The notes under the pieces are model-generated. The model did no database searches. It was not told the DNA's origin and worked only from the letters and a program-made list of their open reading frames with translations. A stretch of 64,000 bases of DNA from Rhynchopus sp. YZ270_cl-10 (Eukaryota). Position numbers and translations under genes: made by a program. Location: the NCBI GenBank assembly GCA_964035575.1, contig OZ037835.1, positions 682,001 through 746,000 of the forward strand, read 5' to 3'. Positions 1 to 12,300 of the stretch are shown here, in pieces. The first letter of the stretch is position 1. The number at the start of each line of letters is the position of its first letter.

Positions 1-198
1 AACACCACCCGTGGGGGACGCGCGGTCCAACTGTATTTCTGCAGTAACCTGGATGAGTGTGTGGGTGTGCCATCAGAAGGTACGGAGGAGGAGGAGGATG
101 AGGAGGAGGAGGAAGAGGAAGGTCTGCCTGATATTGTGCCAGGAAAGGAGCCGAAATGTCGTGATGTCGATTTGCTGAAGGAGTGGGTCCAAGCTTGA
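1..198 (+). CDS. 3' end of an ORF entering from the left, with acidic tail; possibly a hAT-like transposase C-terminus
   Basis: Frame 1 is open from base 1 to TGA at 196-198: NTTRGGRAVQLYFCSNL...EEEEDEEEEEEE...KEWVQA. Loosely resembles the end of the hAT ORF at 13168-15252. Confidence 0.35.
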   Translation, partial: NTTRGGRAVQLYFCSNLDECVGVPSEGTEEEEDEEEEEEEGLPDIVPGKEPKCRDVDLLKEWVQA

Positions 199-552
199 TG
201 AGTGCAGTGTTGGGGGATTTCTTGTTCCGGGTCGTGAACGTAACCCTCGCTTCCATATTCTCAACCCTTGGTTTCCTATAGGAACCTATAGGAAACCAAG
301 GGTACCAATTTTTACCGTTGGTTTATTTTGCTCTCGGGGGGTATCCATCAAATTTCCAATTGGACTTTTTGCTCGTCGTTTTTTTTATTGAACCCAGAAA
401 CTTAACTCTGAGTTCATTTAAAAAAAAATTGGGGAGAAAGTCCCAGTAGAACCCAGATGAAATAAAAATAAGGACCCCAGGTTACCTTTTGGGGGGGGGT
501 GGTTTATGGACCGTGCCATATACAGGGTGGAGAAAATAAAAGAGAATGTAGA

Positions 553-680
553 TGGTGCTCCTGAAATAAAAAATACCAAGTACGCAACAAGTACGCAATA
601 GGGTATTCCTGCATTTTTTTTTTTTCTTTTGTGCACAAAGTGCGCAACAAGTACGCAAAGTGGGGTTTTCAGGAGCACCA
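553..680. mobile_element. 128-bp MITE with TG...CA ends
   Basis: Perfect 14-bp TIR TGGTGCTCCTGAAA/TTTCAGGAGCACCA; flanks GTAGA/GTAGG; absent from the homologous site near 33385-33400. Confidence 0.75.
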
Positions 681-750
681 GTAGGGTATGCTTTCTGTAG
701 CAACACACAGCACTGTGTAGTATTCTTCCGAATGAAAGAACACAGCAACC

Positions 751-3381
751 TCAGTGCAGGTGCACAACGTACGGTGCATAAGCCTTCTGCTCCACATAGC
801 CGGCAAGCTCTTCGTACTGTGTGCGTTGGTCCTGAGCGACGGTGTCCAGCAGAGAAGACGCCTTCTCAAAGTCCTGTTTGATGATGTGCTCGAAGACCTC
901 GTTCCACACTGCGTGCGGGTTGTTCACGGCAGACTCCAGCTGGTACATCCACTCCTCATCTGCGCTGCTGCACAGCCCACGTACGGTAAACACGGTCTGT
1001 GCCTTCTCGCTCAGCTTCTCGTACAGCATCGCACCAGCACAACGCAGTACCACCTGTCCCTCCGCCTCACGCGAAATGTTCTGGTCAACCACACCAGGAA
1101 AGTTACGCTCCTTGTTCCAACGCTCCATCACAACCACCCACGACATGGACTGCGAAAGAATCGACATCTTCTTCATCCCGTTGCAGCCCATGTTCCCGAC
1201 ACGTGCCTCGCCTGTCGTGCACCCGTACGAGATCTTGTGTGCATCCCCAAGTGCTGTTGCCACTTCGTGTGCAGCCTTCACACAGGCAGCACTGTGCGAC
1301 GGCTTCGGAACAAAGGCGTTGAAGGTGGCAAGCATCTTGTCCCCTGCGAACGTGTCGCACACACCTTTGTTGTGCTGCACTGATGACATGATGTGCTCCA
1401 TAATACCACCGTGTGCGGAGAGCACCTCTGCGTCCTTGTGCTTCTTGCAGAAGGCGTGCCACGACACGACGTTCATGTGTGCCAGCGACACCTTCTTCTT
1501 CTTCATCCCTTCCACACGCAGCAGTGCCTTCTGGTGCTGCAGCGTAACACCCGAATTGCGTGACACACGTGAACTCTGTGACCCATGGGAATCCCGGGAC
1601 TTGCCTGACTGCGACTTCATAGTCGAAGATTCCGTCTCTGACACGTACTCTTTCTCACTGTCGTTGACAAGCACACTCTGCGGCATGTAGTTCCGGTACT
1701 CCACCAGGTTCGCCACCATGGTAACAAAGCTGCGCTGCATCATCCCCACTTCACTCAGCTGCGACACTGCACGGCCCGTGTCCACAGCCTCCAGGTCCAT
1801 CACAGCCACACTTGCCATCTCACTCCCAAGCTTCAGCAGAGGGGACGTGATGTAGCGTGTGAACACAACAGCAATGGCCAGGAGTACCGTGATCGCAACA
1901 GCCGTGACAACCACCATCACAATAACCGCATCCTCCTTCTGTGCGTCTGCAGAGGACAGATCTGATGCCACCTTCGCACGGATTGCATTCGTCGACGCAT
2001 CAATTGTCTCCATCACAGACACCCTCGGCACAAGAAGGTTCGCAAAAAATGTAATCGTTTTGTGTTGAATTGTCGTTGCCACTGTCCAGAACTCCGTGCC
2101 GTTCGAGTCAGACCACTTCACGAACGACGTCTTTGTCATCTCCACAAGGTCTCTGTAGTTCTGTGGGTGTGTGAACACAAACCGCCCATGCTCTGCAATC
2201 ACTGAGGGGATGTGCGACGTGGCGTCTTCCGTTGAGTGGTTCGTTACGTTGAAGCTCATTGCCATATCAATTGGAACGCCATTGAAATTTGTTCGAGTTT
2301 CGAACGACAGATGCCTTCCTCTGTTGTACGCGACAAGCGTTCCCGTTGAGTCAGATACAGGGTCGTGCTCCACCAGGTACAGCGACGCGTCGGCTGGGAG
2401 CAGCTGTGACCTCACTGCCTCTGATATCCCTTCACCTGTCACCATCGCAGTAACGACACCCACACGCTTGCCCTGCTTGGGGTGCATCGTGTACATCTCT
2501 GGGTGGGTGAAGGTGTAGCTCAACTCCCAGTTCATGAAGTCGACTGTAATCTGCGAAGTTGAGTAGATCAGTGTCTCCGCAGGGAACATGGGTGGGTCAT
2601 CGGCACCCAGGTCCCACATCTGTTTGCCACGGGATATCTGGAGTGTCGTGCCCACTCCCTCACTTGAATCTAGGGTAAATACGCAGAAACCACGCCACTG
2701 TCCCTTGTTGTAGTCCGGCATCCAGTTGCACGGCATATCCGGGAACCTTCTGTCGCCTCTGTTCGTGGCTTCCCCGTAGGACACCCAGTCAGATATGCCC
2801 ACCGCCCCTGTCACATGGTCACGCATCTCGTACACCATGCGGACCTGGGTGCCGTTCGTCGGAGGGACACCACTGGCAGAGTTCACGTCCCTGAACCCCA
2901 TCCGCGAGCCCCACCCTGCAAACCCGTCCCCCCTCTTCCACGGAACAGGATGTGCTGGGGACCACGGGTACGTTTCGTACGAAATGAATTCCAATCCAGA
3001 CGTCGTCCCAGCACGATAAGCGGACATCAAAGCAGGGCGCATAACCGCATCCGCAAAGGCGGGGCTCGTGCTGACGTTTGGGTGGTGCGAGCTCGCAAGG
3101 TTGGCCATGGATAGCACCAGCTGCTCAGGCACCTTCAGGTACTCCTTCACTGCAGTGTCCACGTTTCCAAGGACGGAGCGCAGGTAGCGCGACGAGACCG
3201 TTTCGATGTCTGCCGTACCACTGTCGAGACACATCCCAAAGCCCTCGTCACCTGTGTCACGTGCCTTCTCCAGAAGGTCGTCCCATGTTGTCAGAGTGAA
3301 GCCACCGATGATCGCACCTGTCGACAGAATCAGCACCACACACAGCAGCACTGTCAGCGACTGGATGCTGCATGTCGCCAT
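751..3381 (-). CDS. Receptor-type nucleotidyl-cyclase-like membrane protein, copy 1 (2 TM, extracellular domain, HAMP-like linker, degenerate class III cyclase)
   Basis: Intact 876-aa ORF; TM1 LTVLLCVVLILSTGAIIGG, TM2 VIVMVVVTAVAITVLLAIAVVF, HAMP-like ITSPLLKL...SEVGMM...FVTMV, cyclase motifs FAGDKMLATFN and GCTTGEARVGNMG. Confidence 0.9.
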   Translation of the reverse strand: MATCSIQSLTVLLCVVLILSTGAIIGGFTLTTWDDLLEKARDTGDEGFGMCLDSGTADIETVSSRYLRSVLGNVDTAVKEYLKVPEQLVLSMANLASSHHPNVSTSPAFADAVMRPALMSAYRAGTTSGLEFISYETYPWSPAHPVPWKRGDGFAGWGSRMGFRDVNSASGVPPTNGTQVRMVYEMRDHVTGAVGISDWVSYGEATNRGDRRFPDMPCNWMPDYNKGQWRGFCVFTLDSSEGVGTTLQISRGKQMWDLGADDPPMFPAETLIYSTSQITVDFMNWELSYTFTHPEMYTMHPKQGKRVGVVTAMVTGEGISEAVRSQLLPADASLYLVEHDPVSDSTGTLVAYNRGRHLSFETRTNFNGVPIDMAMSFNVTNHSTEDATSHIPSVIAEHGRFVFTHPQNYRDLVEMTKTSFVKWSDSNGTEFWTVATTIQHKTITFFANLLVPRVSVMETIDASTNAIRAKVASDLSSADAQKEDAVIVMVVVTAVAITVLLAIAVVFTRYITSPLLKLGSEMASVAVMDLEAVDTGRAVSQLSEVGMMQRSFVTMVANLVEYRNYMPQSVLVNDSEKEYVSETESSTMKSQSGKSRDSHGSQSSRVSRNSGVTLQHQKALLRVEGMKKKKVSLAHMNVVSWHAFCKKHKDAEVLSAHGGIMEHIMSSVQHNKGVCDTFAGDKMLATFNAFVPKPSHSAACVKAAHEVATALGDAHKISYGCTTGEARVGNMGCNGMKKMSILSQSMSWVVVMERWNKERNFPGVVDQNISREAEGQVVLRCAGAMLYEKLSEKAQTVFTVRGLCSSADEEWMYQLESAVNNPHAVWNEVFEHIIKQDFEKASSLLDTVAQDQRTQYEELAGYVEQKAYAPYVVHLH

Positions 3382-3599
3382 TGTTCAGAGGTGTACAGAA
3401 AGGGAAGACTGTGCTGGGGATGTGTGTGTGGTGTGGTGTGTGGGTTCTCTTTGTGATGACTTATGAGGAAAACGTTCTTTTTTGTATTGCAGCGAATATA
3501 GCCGCTGAGGTATTGTGGTGATGAGGGGACTGGGGAAGCACAGCACAAATGATCCTGATGGCGGTAACAACCAACGTGGACAAAAGATTGGGAGGTTGG

Positions 3600-5968
3600 G
3601 AGCAAAATACAAGAGTACGCACTGAGTGACGGGGTGCTGTGGAAAAAAGGTGACGAGCTAAACCAGCCAATGAAGGGGTCCCGAGATAATTACTGATCTA
3701 AGAAAACATCTGGTGGTGTGGCTGAGTCCTTGTATTTCCCAACTCAACAACAATGATAAAACGTGAAGACAATAAATAAAAGCAAATCAGAATAAATTTG
3801 AGCGCCACACTCAGTCACACAGATTTTTTGGGATTTTATTTCAAGCCCGACTAGGTCTGTTTTGACATGAAATAACTCGTTTTTTCTACCCAAAATTGCC
3901 CAGAAATGTCAAAAACAAAAAACCCCTTGTGAAGGATTTTGACCTGACGTACAGAAATGAGGTGAGTGCACAACACGAGGGGAGGGGGGAATAAACAGAA
4001 AAAGCCTCAGATGTGACTACTCCATTCGTTTTCTCTTGTTTAAAAAAAGGACAAAAAAAAATCAATGTTCAAAATGTTGAGATTGACAAAGCCCATGGGC
4101 GAACCCTGGTCTGTCACCAGCTAACATACCAACAGAGAGAGAGAGCACTGGGAGGAAAAAGGGATGTATACCGGTACAAGTATGCCTGGTGGTTGTATTG
4201 TGATAATTGCCCATTATAATACATGGTTAACCCAGGTTTGCGGGTTTGCGGGTTTTTCCCGAACCCTGGTTCAGAACTCCTATATCGGGCCTTGCAAAAA
4301 GAGTTCCTAAAAAATATGAGGTCTTTGTTTGTGTGCTAAAACCGGGTGTGAAAGAGTAGAAAAATGCTCGAGAGACTCATTGCTCTTTGCTTGTTGCTCA
4401 AAAGACTAAACGGGAAGAGGGGGAAAGAAAGGTTGTTCGTTGTTCGCTTTCACGTGTTTGTTTTCTGTTTTGTCCAATTATTTAGTACTGAAAACTAAAA
4501 GATGTTGTTATGTGGAACAGAAATATAAAGGACAAACTTTCGCACGAAAAAAAGTTGACATGAAATACACCCTCTCGTGACAGGTGTACCAAAAAGGTTT
4601 CTTGTGTCTCTTTGTCTTTAAGTTTCGTTGCATTGAAGCCATCCAGCCAATCCACACATTGGCTTTTCAAAGTTACCGAACAATAAAGTTATTTGGACCC
4701 CCCCCCCCTTTAAGATAAACCTAAAGCCTCTTGTGCTTTGTCATCATGTTTTATTTCCCAACCCAACAACAACAATATAGCGTGAAGACAATAAATAAAA
4801 TCAAAGCGGAATAAATTTTTAGGTTTTGTGAGGCACTCAACGAGTGTGCCGGCTCTGTGGCGTCACGGAGCCACCAACACTCCCCAGTCATTTTTCCTGC
4901 GCTTCCAGGAAAACTCGCAGTATGCGACCAGGCAAACGAAAAAATTTAATTCACAGCAAACAGGTGTGAGGGAGAAGAAAAGAAAGTGAACAAAAACGAA
5001 AAAACAATGTTTTTCTGAAATGTGATGTTGTTGGGGTAGGGAGAATAAAACAGTTCCAAGAAAAGCTCCTGCGTCGGTTTTCTTTTGGTTAAAAAAAAAC
5101 TTGAGCGGATTCAGAAAAAACCAAGTCAAATGTTTTCAGATTTCGAGAGCAAAAAAACCCTCTGAATATTTCAGGATATCCGGAATTGTGTTTTCGGGGG
5201 GGGGAGGGGACCATTTGCTTCTGTCGCGCTACAAAATTTTCAACAATAAAACCATAAAATAATCAATACAAATGTCTCAAAAAGGGGGGAAAACGCACGG
5301 AGAGCGACAAGTTATTTTGGTGGGAAAGCGGTTCTCATAAGTACAAAAAAGCACAAGTACAAAAGAAGGTGCGCCACGCACTCACGCAGCCAAAAATACA
5401 CATGGTGAGTCGAAGGGAGGCAAAAAAGCTTTACCAAAAACTGCAAAAAAAGCTACTTCCCAACCAATGTGACGAAGAACCACTATCCTACCAATTAATA
5501 TTATTGGTAAACTGAGCTCACACCTCGCAGTGCTTACACGGCGACCAAATAGGTGATGACATGATACATAACATGTTAAAATGACGCGATACTGCATGGT
5601 GTTGTTATCCTGTCATTTGCACATGGTATGCAACACATCATCATGTGTACTTGGTCGGCCGTTAGTCATCATAACAAAATAAAAGGGGAAAATCACCCGA
5701 CACACTAGACACCACAGTGACGGGGTGGCAAGACTAAACTGTGGTAGCAAGAACGTTTCTTTCTTGTGCAACAAACAAAATATGACAACACTGTGTGCCG
5801 TCAGAGCAAGGTGCAAACAATACATTACGTGTGGAAGCGTTTCGGCGACACTAATACGGTGGGTCACTAATAAGAACACAAAGAGACATGCTTATCTTTT
5901 TACCTCAACAAGTAGAGCGGGTTTGCCAAGTGCTCTTCATTGGTGTCCACTGGAATAGGTATCCGATA
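3600..5968. repeat. Intergenic spacer type 1 of the tandem unit
   Basis: Colinear blocks recur at ~24400-24530 and ~30630-33350 (e.g. 5680-5968 vs 33060-33350). Confidence 0.85.
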
Positions 5969-8900
5969 CACGGCGGGGTCCACACACCCGAGGGTCCGTA
6001 AATTTTACGGACCCTCTTTACGGACCCTCAAGTGCGGACCCGGGTCCGTAATTACGTACCCTAGGGTCCGTAATTACGGACCCTAGGGTACGTAATTACG
6101 TGGTCTAAGGTGGGAAATCACTGTTTGGATGTGTGACTGCTGGTCGAAAAGCCCTGGGAGCAAACCGAGTGGTACACAGGTACCACATGATAGACCATGA
6201 TCATGTGGGCCTATCCCAAGTTACATACCGAAAAAAGTCGTGAGCTCGGTTAGTTGTCAAAGACGTCTTCCACCATGCACTGAGGAGATAATGATCCAAC
6301 AATTTACAAGAAAGATTACTTAACCTACTGCTGGAAATTGCCAGGTCGTAGTAACACACAAAGTGTGCCTCCGTTCGGGAAGACCGGATATTCTAGAGAC
6401 CAAAAAGGCCTCAAGAATATCTTCCGGTAGTCAAGGTATAACCGAATGAACGGCCCAAGACCCCCGTGGAGAAGTTAAATGTTGTAATGCTATCAAGTAC
6501 AAACTGCGACCACTGTCGAGAAACTGCGAACACTGTCTTACCCTCCTCAATACATGGTGGAATATTTCTTTGACAACAAACCGAGCTCAAGAGTTTTTAA
6601 ACTTCCCTGAGGGAATGCGAGACGCAAAATTTACCACCAGACCCTGTCTTCGTGCACCTTCGGTGCAACGCTGCAGACAGGCCAAACTGCGTTGGACTCA
6701 GAGGAATGCCTGCTGTGCAGTGTATCAATGAGAACCAAGTCCCAGCAACAAGGGGCGCCTTTTGGCGGGCGTTGTTGAGGGTGTTTGGGGTGCAAAGTTT
6801 TCCACAATTTTGATGCGCGGGTACAGAAGTGTTGTCTTGTTCTTTCATCTTTAGGAATGTAAATGTCAATCGCGTTTAACGACCACTAGGGCTTGTTCAG
6901 TGAACCCACGAGGGGTCGAAGGGGGTTGGTTATCCCATAGCTATCAAAGGTTGTGTCGACCAGGCTAATCCACTATGTTACGCTGTACGTTGTTAAATCC
7001 GAAGAAATAACACTTTAGCAGCCGCAGGAAGTTTGTTAAAAAGAGTGCCTCACGCTACACAAACCACCACCCGCGATTGACTTAGATGTTATAACAAAGA
7101 GAATTCAGAACAAAACAACACCCTGCCCCATACACACTAAATTGTCATGCTTCAAGAGCATGCCTGGGCCAAAATTACTGTTGACCAAAAAGGCAACAAG
7201 ACCACCCACAAGGAGTGTGAATTGTGCACTGGTTTTCTGGGGGAACGCAATATTTTCTTGTGTCTAGTCCTCCGCAAGCAGAGGACAGACTTTCCGGAAG
7301 GTTTCCAAAGTCGAATTTCTTGCACTAGCTATGCTCCCTTGGTCAATGGCTATAGCAGTGACTGACTAAGTGTACCCACCCCCCTCCACCCAGATCTTCG
7401 TCCGCAAACTCAGAATAGATTGATGCGGGTAGATTTTGAGTTGTTGAATGTCGGACCGCGGTGAAGCTTCTCATCGCAATCGCGGGTGCAGTTCAGACTT
7501 CACGATCCTGTGATAAGTGTAAATGTGGGGTGTGATTAAGTTATGGTATACAAACGTAGTAGTCGGGAAAGGTGAGGTTAATAAAAAAGGCTATTTATTG
7601 CCGTGAAATAAGATAGATTTTTTCCACGCTACAGGTCGAGAGAGTGACCTGCTGCACAAATGGTTCGAGTGAAGCGAGGTGAATTATGTGAAGCGGTAAC
7701 GAGCGCCTGTGGAACCAAATAGAAACGTAACACTCATCACACGATAAAACCCATGGGAGAGGTTGTGGTGAAACGCACACACCTCGACCTGAGGAGTGGC
7801 TCTGCAGCGCGGTTCGTCCCCAGAACCGCAAGTGTGTTCAAAATGCTTTGTTTCTATTTCCTCCTTCATGTCATGAGGTGACACAAAATGATTGGTGCGT
7901 AAAAAAATAGCTATTTAATAGTGTGAACATTACGCGTTTATTTCGAGTTGAAAACACGAACAAGTTGAAATATGCGGCATTTTTTTGTTCAATCTTCACT
8001 AGTAACTGAAAGTTAAACATAATTACATACCTTGTCTTCCCCGTAACCTGCGCCTTCGCTGCTTTTAAGGTGCTTTCTCTGGGTGCCCAGTACCCAGTAC
8101 CCAGTACCCAGTACCCAGTACCCAGTACCCAGTACCCAGTACCCAGTACCCAGTACCCAGTACCCAGTACCCAGTACCCAGTACCCAGTACCCAGTACCC
8201 AGTACCCAGTACCCAGTACCCAGTACCCAGTACCCAGTACCCAGTACCCAGTACCCAGTACCCAGTACCCAGTACCCAGTACCCAGTACCCAGTACCCAG
8301 TACCCAGTACCCAGTACCCAGTACCCAGTACCCAGTGTCTTCGAGAACCTAAAAATGCGTTTTGTTGAAATTTTCTGGCTTTTTCTGAACTTTTCCCAGC
8401 TACTTTTCTGGTCGTAGCCGACTTTTCTGATCGAGTAGCTATTTTCACTTTTCTGGTGTATGAGTAGGTTTTCTGGGTGGGAGACTGGATTCTGGGTACA
8501 GTGGTGTGTCTGGGCACCCAGGCACCTGGGTACTGGTGTATTTTCGGCCCAGGTACCCCGGTACACGGTACACTGTGTACAAGGAAAAAAGTCGTGAAAA
8601 AGCAACCACAGCTCCACATGACAAACACAAAAGTGTCCAGTCACGTGGGGCATTCATGCACTGAGGAGATAATGATCCAACAATTTACAAGAAAGATTAC
8701 TTAACCTACTGCTGGAAATTGCCAGGTCGTAGTAACACACAAAGTGCGCCTCCGTTCGGGAATACCGGATATTCTAGAGACCAAAAAGGCCTCAAGAATA
8801 TCTTCCGCTGGTCAAGGTATAACCGAGTGAACGGCCCAAGACCCCCGTGGAGAAGTTAAATGTTGTAATGCTATCAAGTACAAACTGCGACCACTGTCTT

Positions 8901-9367
8901 GCCCTCCTCAATGCATGGTGGAAGATGTCTTTCACAACAAATATCCTGTACACAGGTACACAGGTAAAACCCGTTAAAATTGTGTGTGAAAGTTAAAAAT
9001 AGCTATATTTGCATTTTTCGCCCAGCATTGAGGACACATAGGCCCACCAAGGGCAATTTTGTGATGTCAAAAAAAATTTTTTTTCGGCCCAAAAATTGAC
9101 TTGTTTTCGGTAAAACCCACTAAAAATTGTGGTACTCTAAACTGCGTTTTAGACCCCCACAGATGCTCAAAAGTGCCAAATTTTGCTTTTAATGGCCTCA
9201 AATCGTCGAAATTAGCCCTAAACGGGGGCAAAAAAAAATTTTCGAGAGTCCCTTTCCCTGGGAGGCTCCGTAATTACGTACCCTAGGGTACGTAATGACA
9301 CTCCGTAAAGAGGGAGTGTCCTAACATGCCGTTTTACGGACCCTCGGGGTGTGCGGACCCCGCCGTG
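5969..9367. mobile_element. Non-autonomous TIR element A (3.4 kb), TA TSD
   Basis: ~35-bp TIR CACGGCGGGGTCC(A/G)CACACCC...GAGGGTCCGTAAAA; TA at 5967-68 and 9368-69; subterminal GGTCCGTA/TACGGACC repeats; internal duplication 6274-6580 vs 8656-8940; no transposase ORF seen. Confidence 0.8.
8086..8336. repeat. (CCCAGTA)n, ~35 perfect copies
   Basis: Direct reading. Confidence 0.97.
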
Positions 9368-9389
9368 TAAGTGCATTTGACCCCCCCTA

Positions 9390-12300
9390 CACGACGTTGA
9401 AGTAAATGACTTTACTTGTGGTTTTACATGTAATTTTACTTGTGAAAATAGTTTACTTGTGGCACAAGTAATTACTTGTGATCACAAGTAACTTTTACTT
9501 GTGCACAAGTAACTTTTTACTTGTGCACAAGTAAAAATCACCTGTCAAAACCTTCTAAGGTGCGCCTCTGTACTAACTGAACTCTCGAAAATTTTTTTGG
9601 TCATACCCTAAAAGTGCCCAATTTTGCAATTCCAGCCAGAATTGAGCAGTTTTGAGCCTTTCTAGGGGTCTAAAACGCGTTTTTGAGGTTTTTTCACCCC
9701 CAAAAAACACCCATAGGCATTTTAACGTCAAAAACACAAAATCGCGAAGGGCTACGAAGAAGCAGGCAGCAAATATCTATGAGGGTGCTCAGAAGAACGC
9801 CTCATAAGAAACCTACGACATTGCTCGGAAAGGATTTCTGAAATTTTCGAAGATCAAATCCTGTGAAGAAGATTACACCGTCTTCTTCGATCACTAGCAC
9901 AAGGAACGCTTCATTTCCAATTGTACGGCAAAACAAAATTACAAACTGGGAAAATTAAACTTTTTCTCCTTGAGAAGGCTCGAAAGAAGGCTCAAAAGGC
10001 TCAATTTTCCTGGTGGTGTTCGGGGTATTGGAGAACACAAATTTTCATTTCAATTCACAACTCTTTCACAACAATAGATGTCATAGACTGTGTTGTGAAG
10101 AGTTGTGACGAGTCATGTGAACACCTACCATCCCACACATGATGATAATGTTACTAGGGTTTTTGGTGATACGACATGCGAGATTAGATGTTATTTTATA
10201 ACATGTCACATAGATTTGACAGGTCTCGTGGGTGGGTCTTCGGAAATGCAACAAAACGACCTCTTGGGCGGAAAAGGATATTTACGCACTTTTTGAGACG
10301 GGGTTTCTTTACTAGAACCAGAGGAATCTCATAGTTCAGAGTACGGGTACTTTAGAGTGTTTTCACACACACATGTGACCCCACCGTGGAGAGCAATCAG
10401 CTCGCGCAATCAAAAGAAAGCAGAGAAAAGGGAAAGGAAAAAGGTTGGGTACCGTGCGCCTGCGGCGCTACCTGTTCCCAGTCAAAAACACCACAATTTC
10501 ATCTGAATTTGGGTTTTCAGACTGAAAATGCCCCTTGTCTTGGAGTATGGGTTCATATTATGTGAAAATTTAAGTCACTAAAATTTGTCCACTTTTCCGA
10601 ATATGCCCCACCACAGACCCGCAAACCCGCAAACCAGCTCGGAAATGCCACAAAACACTGCTTTTTCACCCCCAGACGTAACCCTATTTGAGGTGCGTTT
10701 TTTTGGGCCCGAAGCACGATTTTTCAGATTTTTTCCAAAAGTTAGCGCGAAGCGAGCGGAAATTTTTTTGGGGTGTACTTCCGCGAGCACAGCGAGCAGA
10801 AAAAAATTAAGGTGCTGTCATGCCAGTCATCTGGGGGTCGGGCGAGGGGGCCCCAACAGTCCGATACCCCGGAACTGGAGTATAATGAACCGGTCATTTC
10901 GGAACGGGAACCAGGGAACGGTTCCCCGGTTCCCCTAAGAGCAGTCCACGTTGATCCAGAACCAGCTTCTATCCCTCAGAGGAGCTGGCACAAATGGTGA
11001 ATGTGCAGACAAGGTATGGTTTTATCTCCCCCAGAAAATACAATTTTCACATATGGGGGGTTTTACACTACTTTTTGCGTCCCTGTCTTTCTACATCCTC
11101 AAATTCGATAACCATTTTTCTTGAAGTCATGAATTAACTTGTATTTTCCAAGCTACCATAACCTAACTACACCCCACATTTCCACTCATCACAGGATCGT
11201 GAAATCTGAACAGCATCTGCGAGTGCGATGAGAACCTTCGCCGTCTCCGACATTCAACTCACACACGTTCACCTGCATCAATACTGAGTTTGCGGATGAA
11301 GGGGGGTGGGAACATTTTGTCCGTCACTGCTATTGCCATTAACCCAGGGAGCATGGCTAGTGCAAGAAATTCGACTTTGGAAACCTTCCGGAAAGTCTGT
11401 CCTCTGCTTTCGGAGGACGAGGCACAAGAAAATATTGCGTTCCCCCAGAAATCCAGTGCACATTTCACACTCTTTGTGGGTGGTCTTGTTGCCTTTTTGT
11501 CAACAGTAATTTTGGCCCAGGCATGCTCTTGAAGCATGACAATTTAGTGTGTATGGGGCAGGGTGTTGTTTTGTTCTGAATTCTCTTTGTTATAACATCT
11601 AAGTCAATCGCGGGTGGTGGTTTGTGTAGCGTGAGGCACTCTTTTTAACAAACTTCCTGCGGCTGCTAAAGCGTTATTTCTTCGGATTTAACCCGTACAG
11701 CGTAACATAGTGGATTCGCCTGGTCGACACAACCTTTGATAGATATGGGATAACCAACCCCCTTCGACCCCTCGTGGGTTCACTGAACAAGCCCTAGTGG
11801 TAGTTAAACGCGATTGACATTTACATTCCTAGAGATGAAAGAACAAGACAACACTTCTGTACCCGCGCATCAAAATTGTGGAAAACTTTGCACCCCAAAC
11901 ACCCTCAACTCAACAACGCCCGCCAAAAGGCGCCCCTTGTTGCTGGGAGTTGGTTCTCATGATACCTGCACAGCGGGCATTCCTCTGAGTCCAACGCATG
12001 TTTGGCCTGTCTGCGGCGTTGTACTTCAGGTGCACGAAGACAGGGTCTGGTGGTAAATTTTGCGTAGTACTGCGACGTAGTACTGCGTGGGTCTGGGAAT
12101 ATGGGTACCTGGGTACAGGATATTTGTTGTCAAAGACATCTTCCACCATGTATTGAGGAGGGTAAGACAGTGGTCGCAGTTTCTACTTGATAGCATTACA
12201 ACATTTAACTTCTCCACGGGGGTCTTGGGCCGTTCACTCGGTTATACCTTGACTACCGGAAGATATTCTTGAGGCCTTTTTGGTCTCTAGAATATCCGGT

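Noticed and set aside
754..1690. Long + strand ORFs opposite each receptor gene
   Set aside because: Antisense shadows that recur only because the genes are near-identical.
2240..2760. Diversity-generating retroelement as the source of hypervariability
   Set aside because: No template repeat or DGR-type RT seen, and substitutions do not appear confined to adenines.
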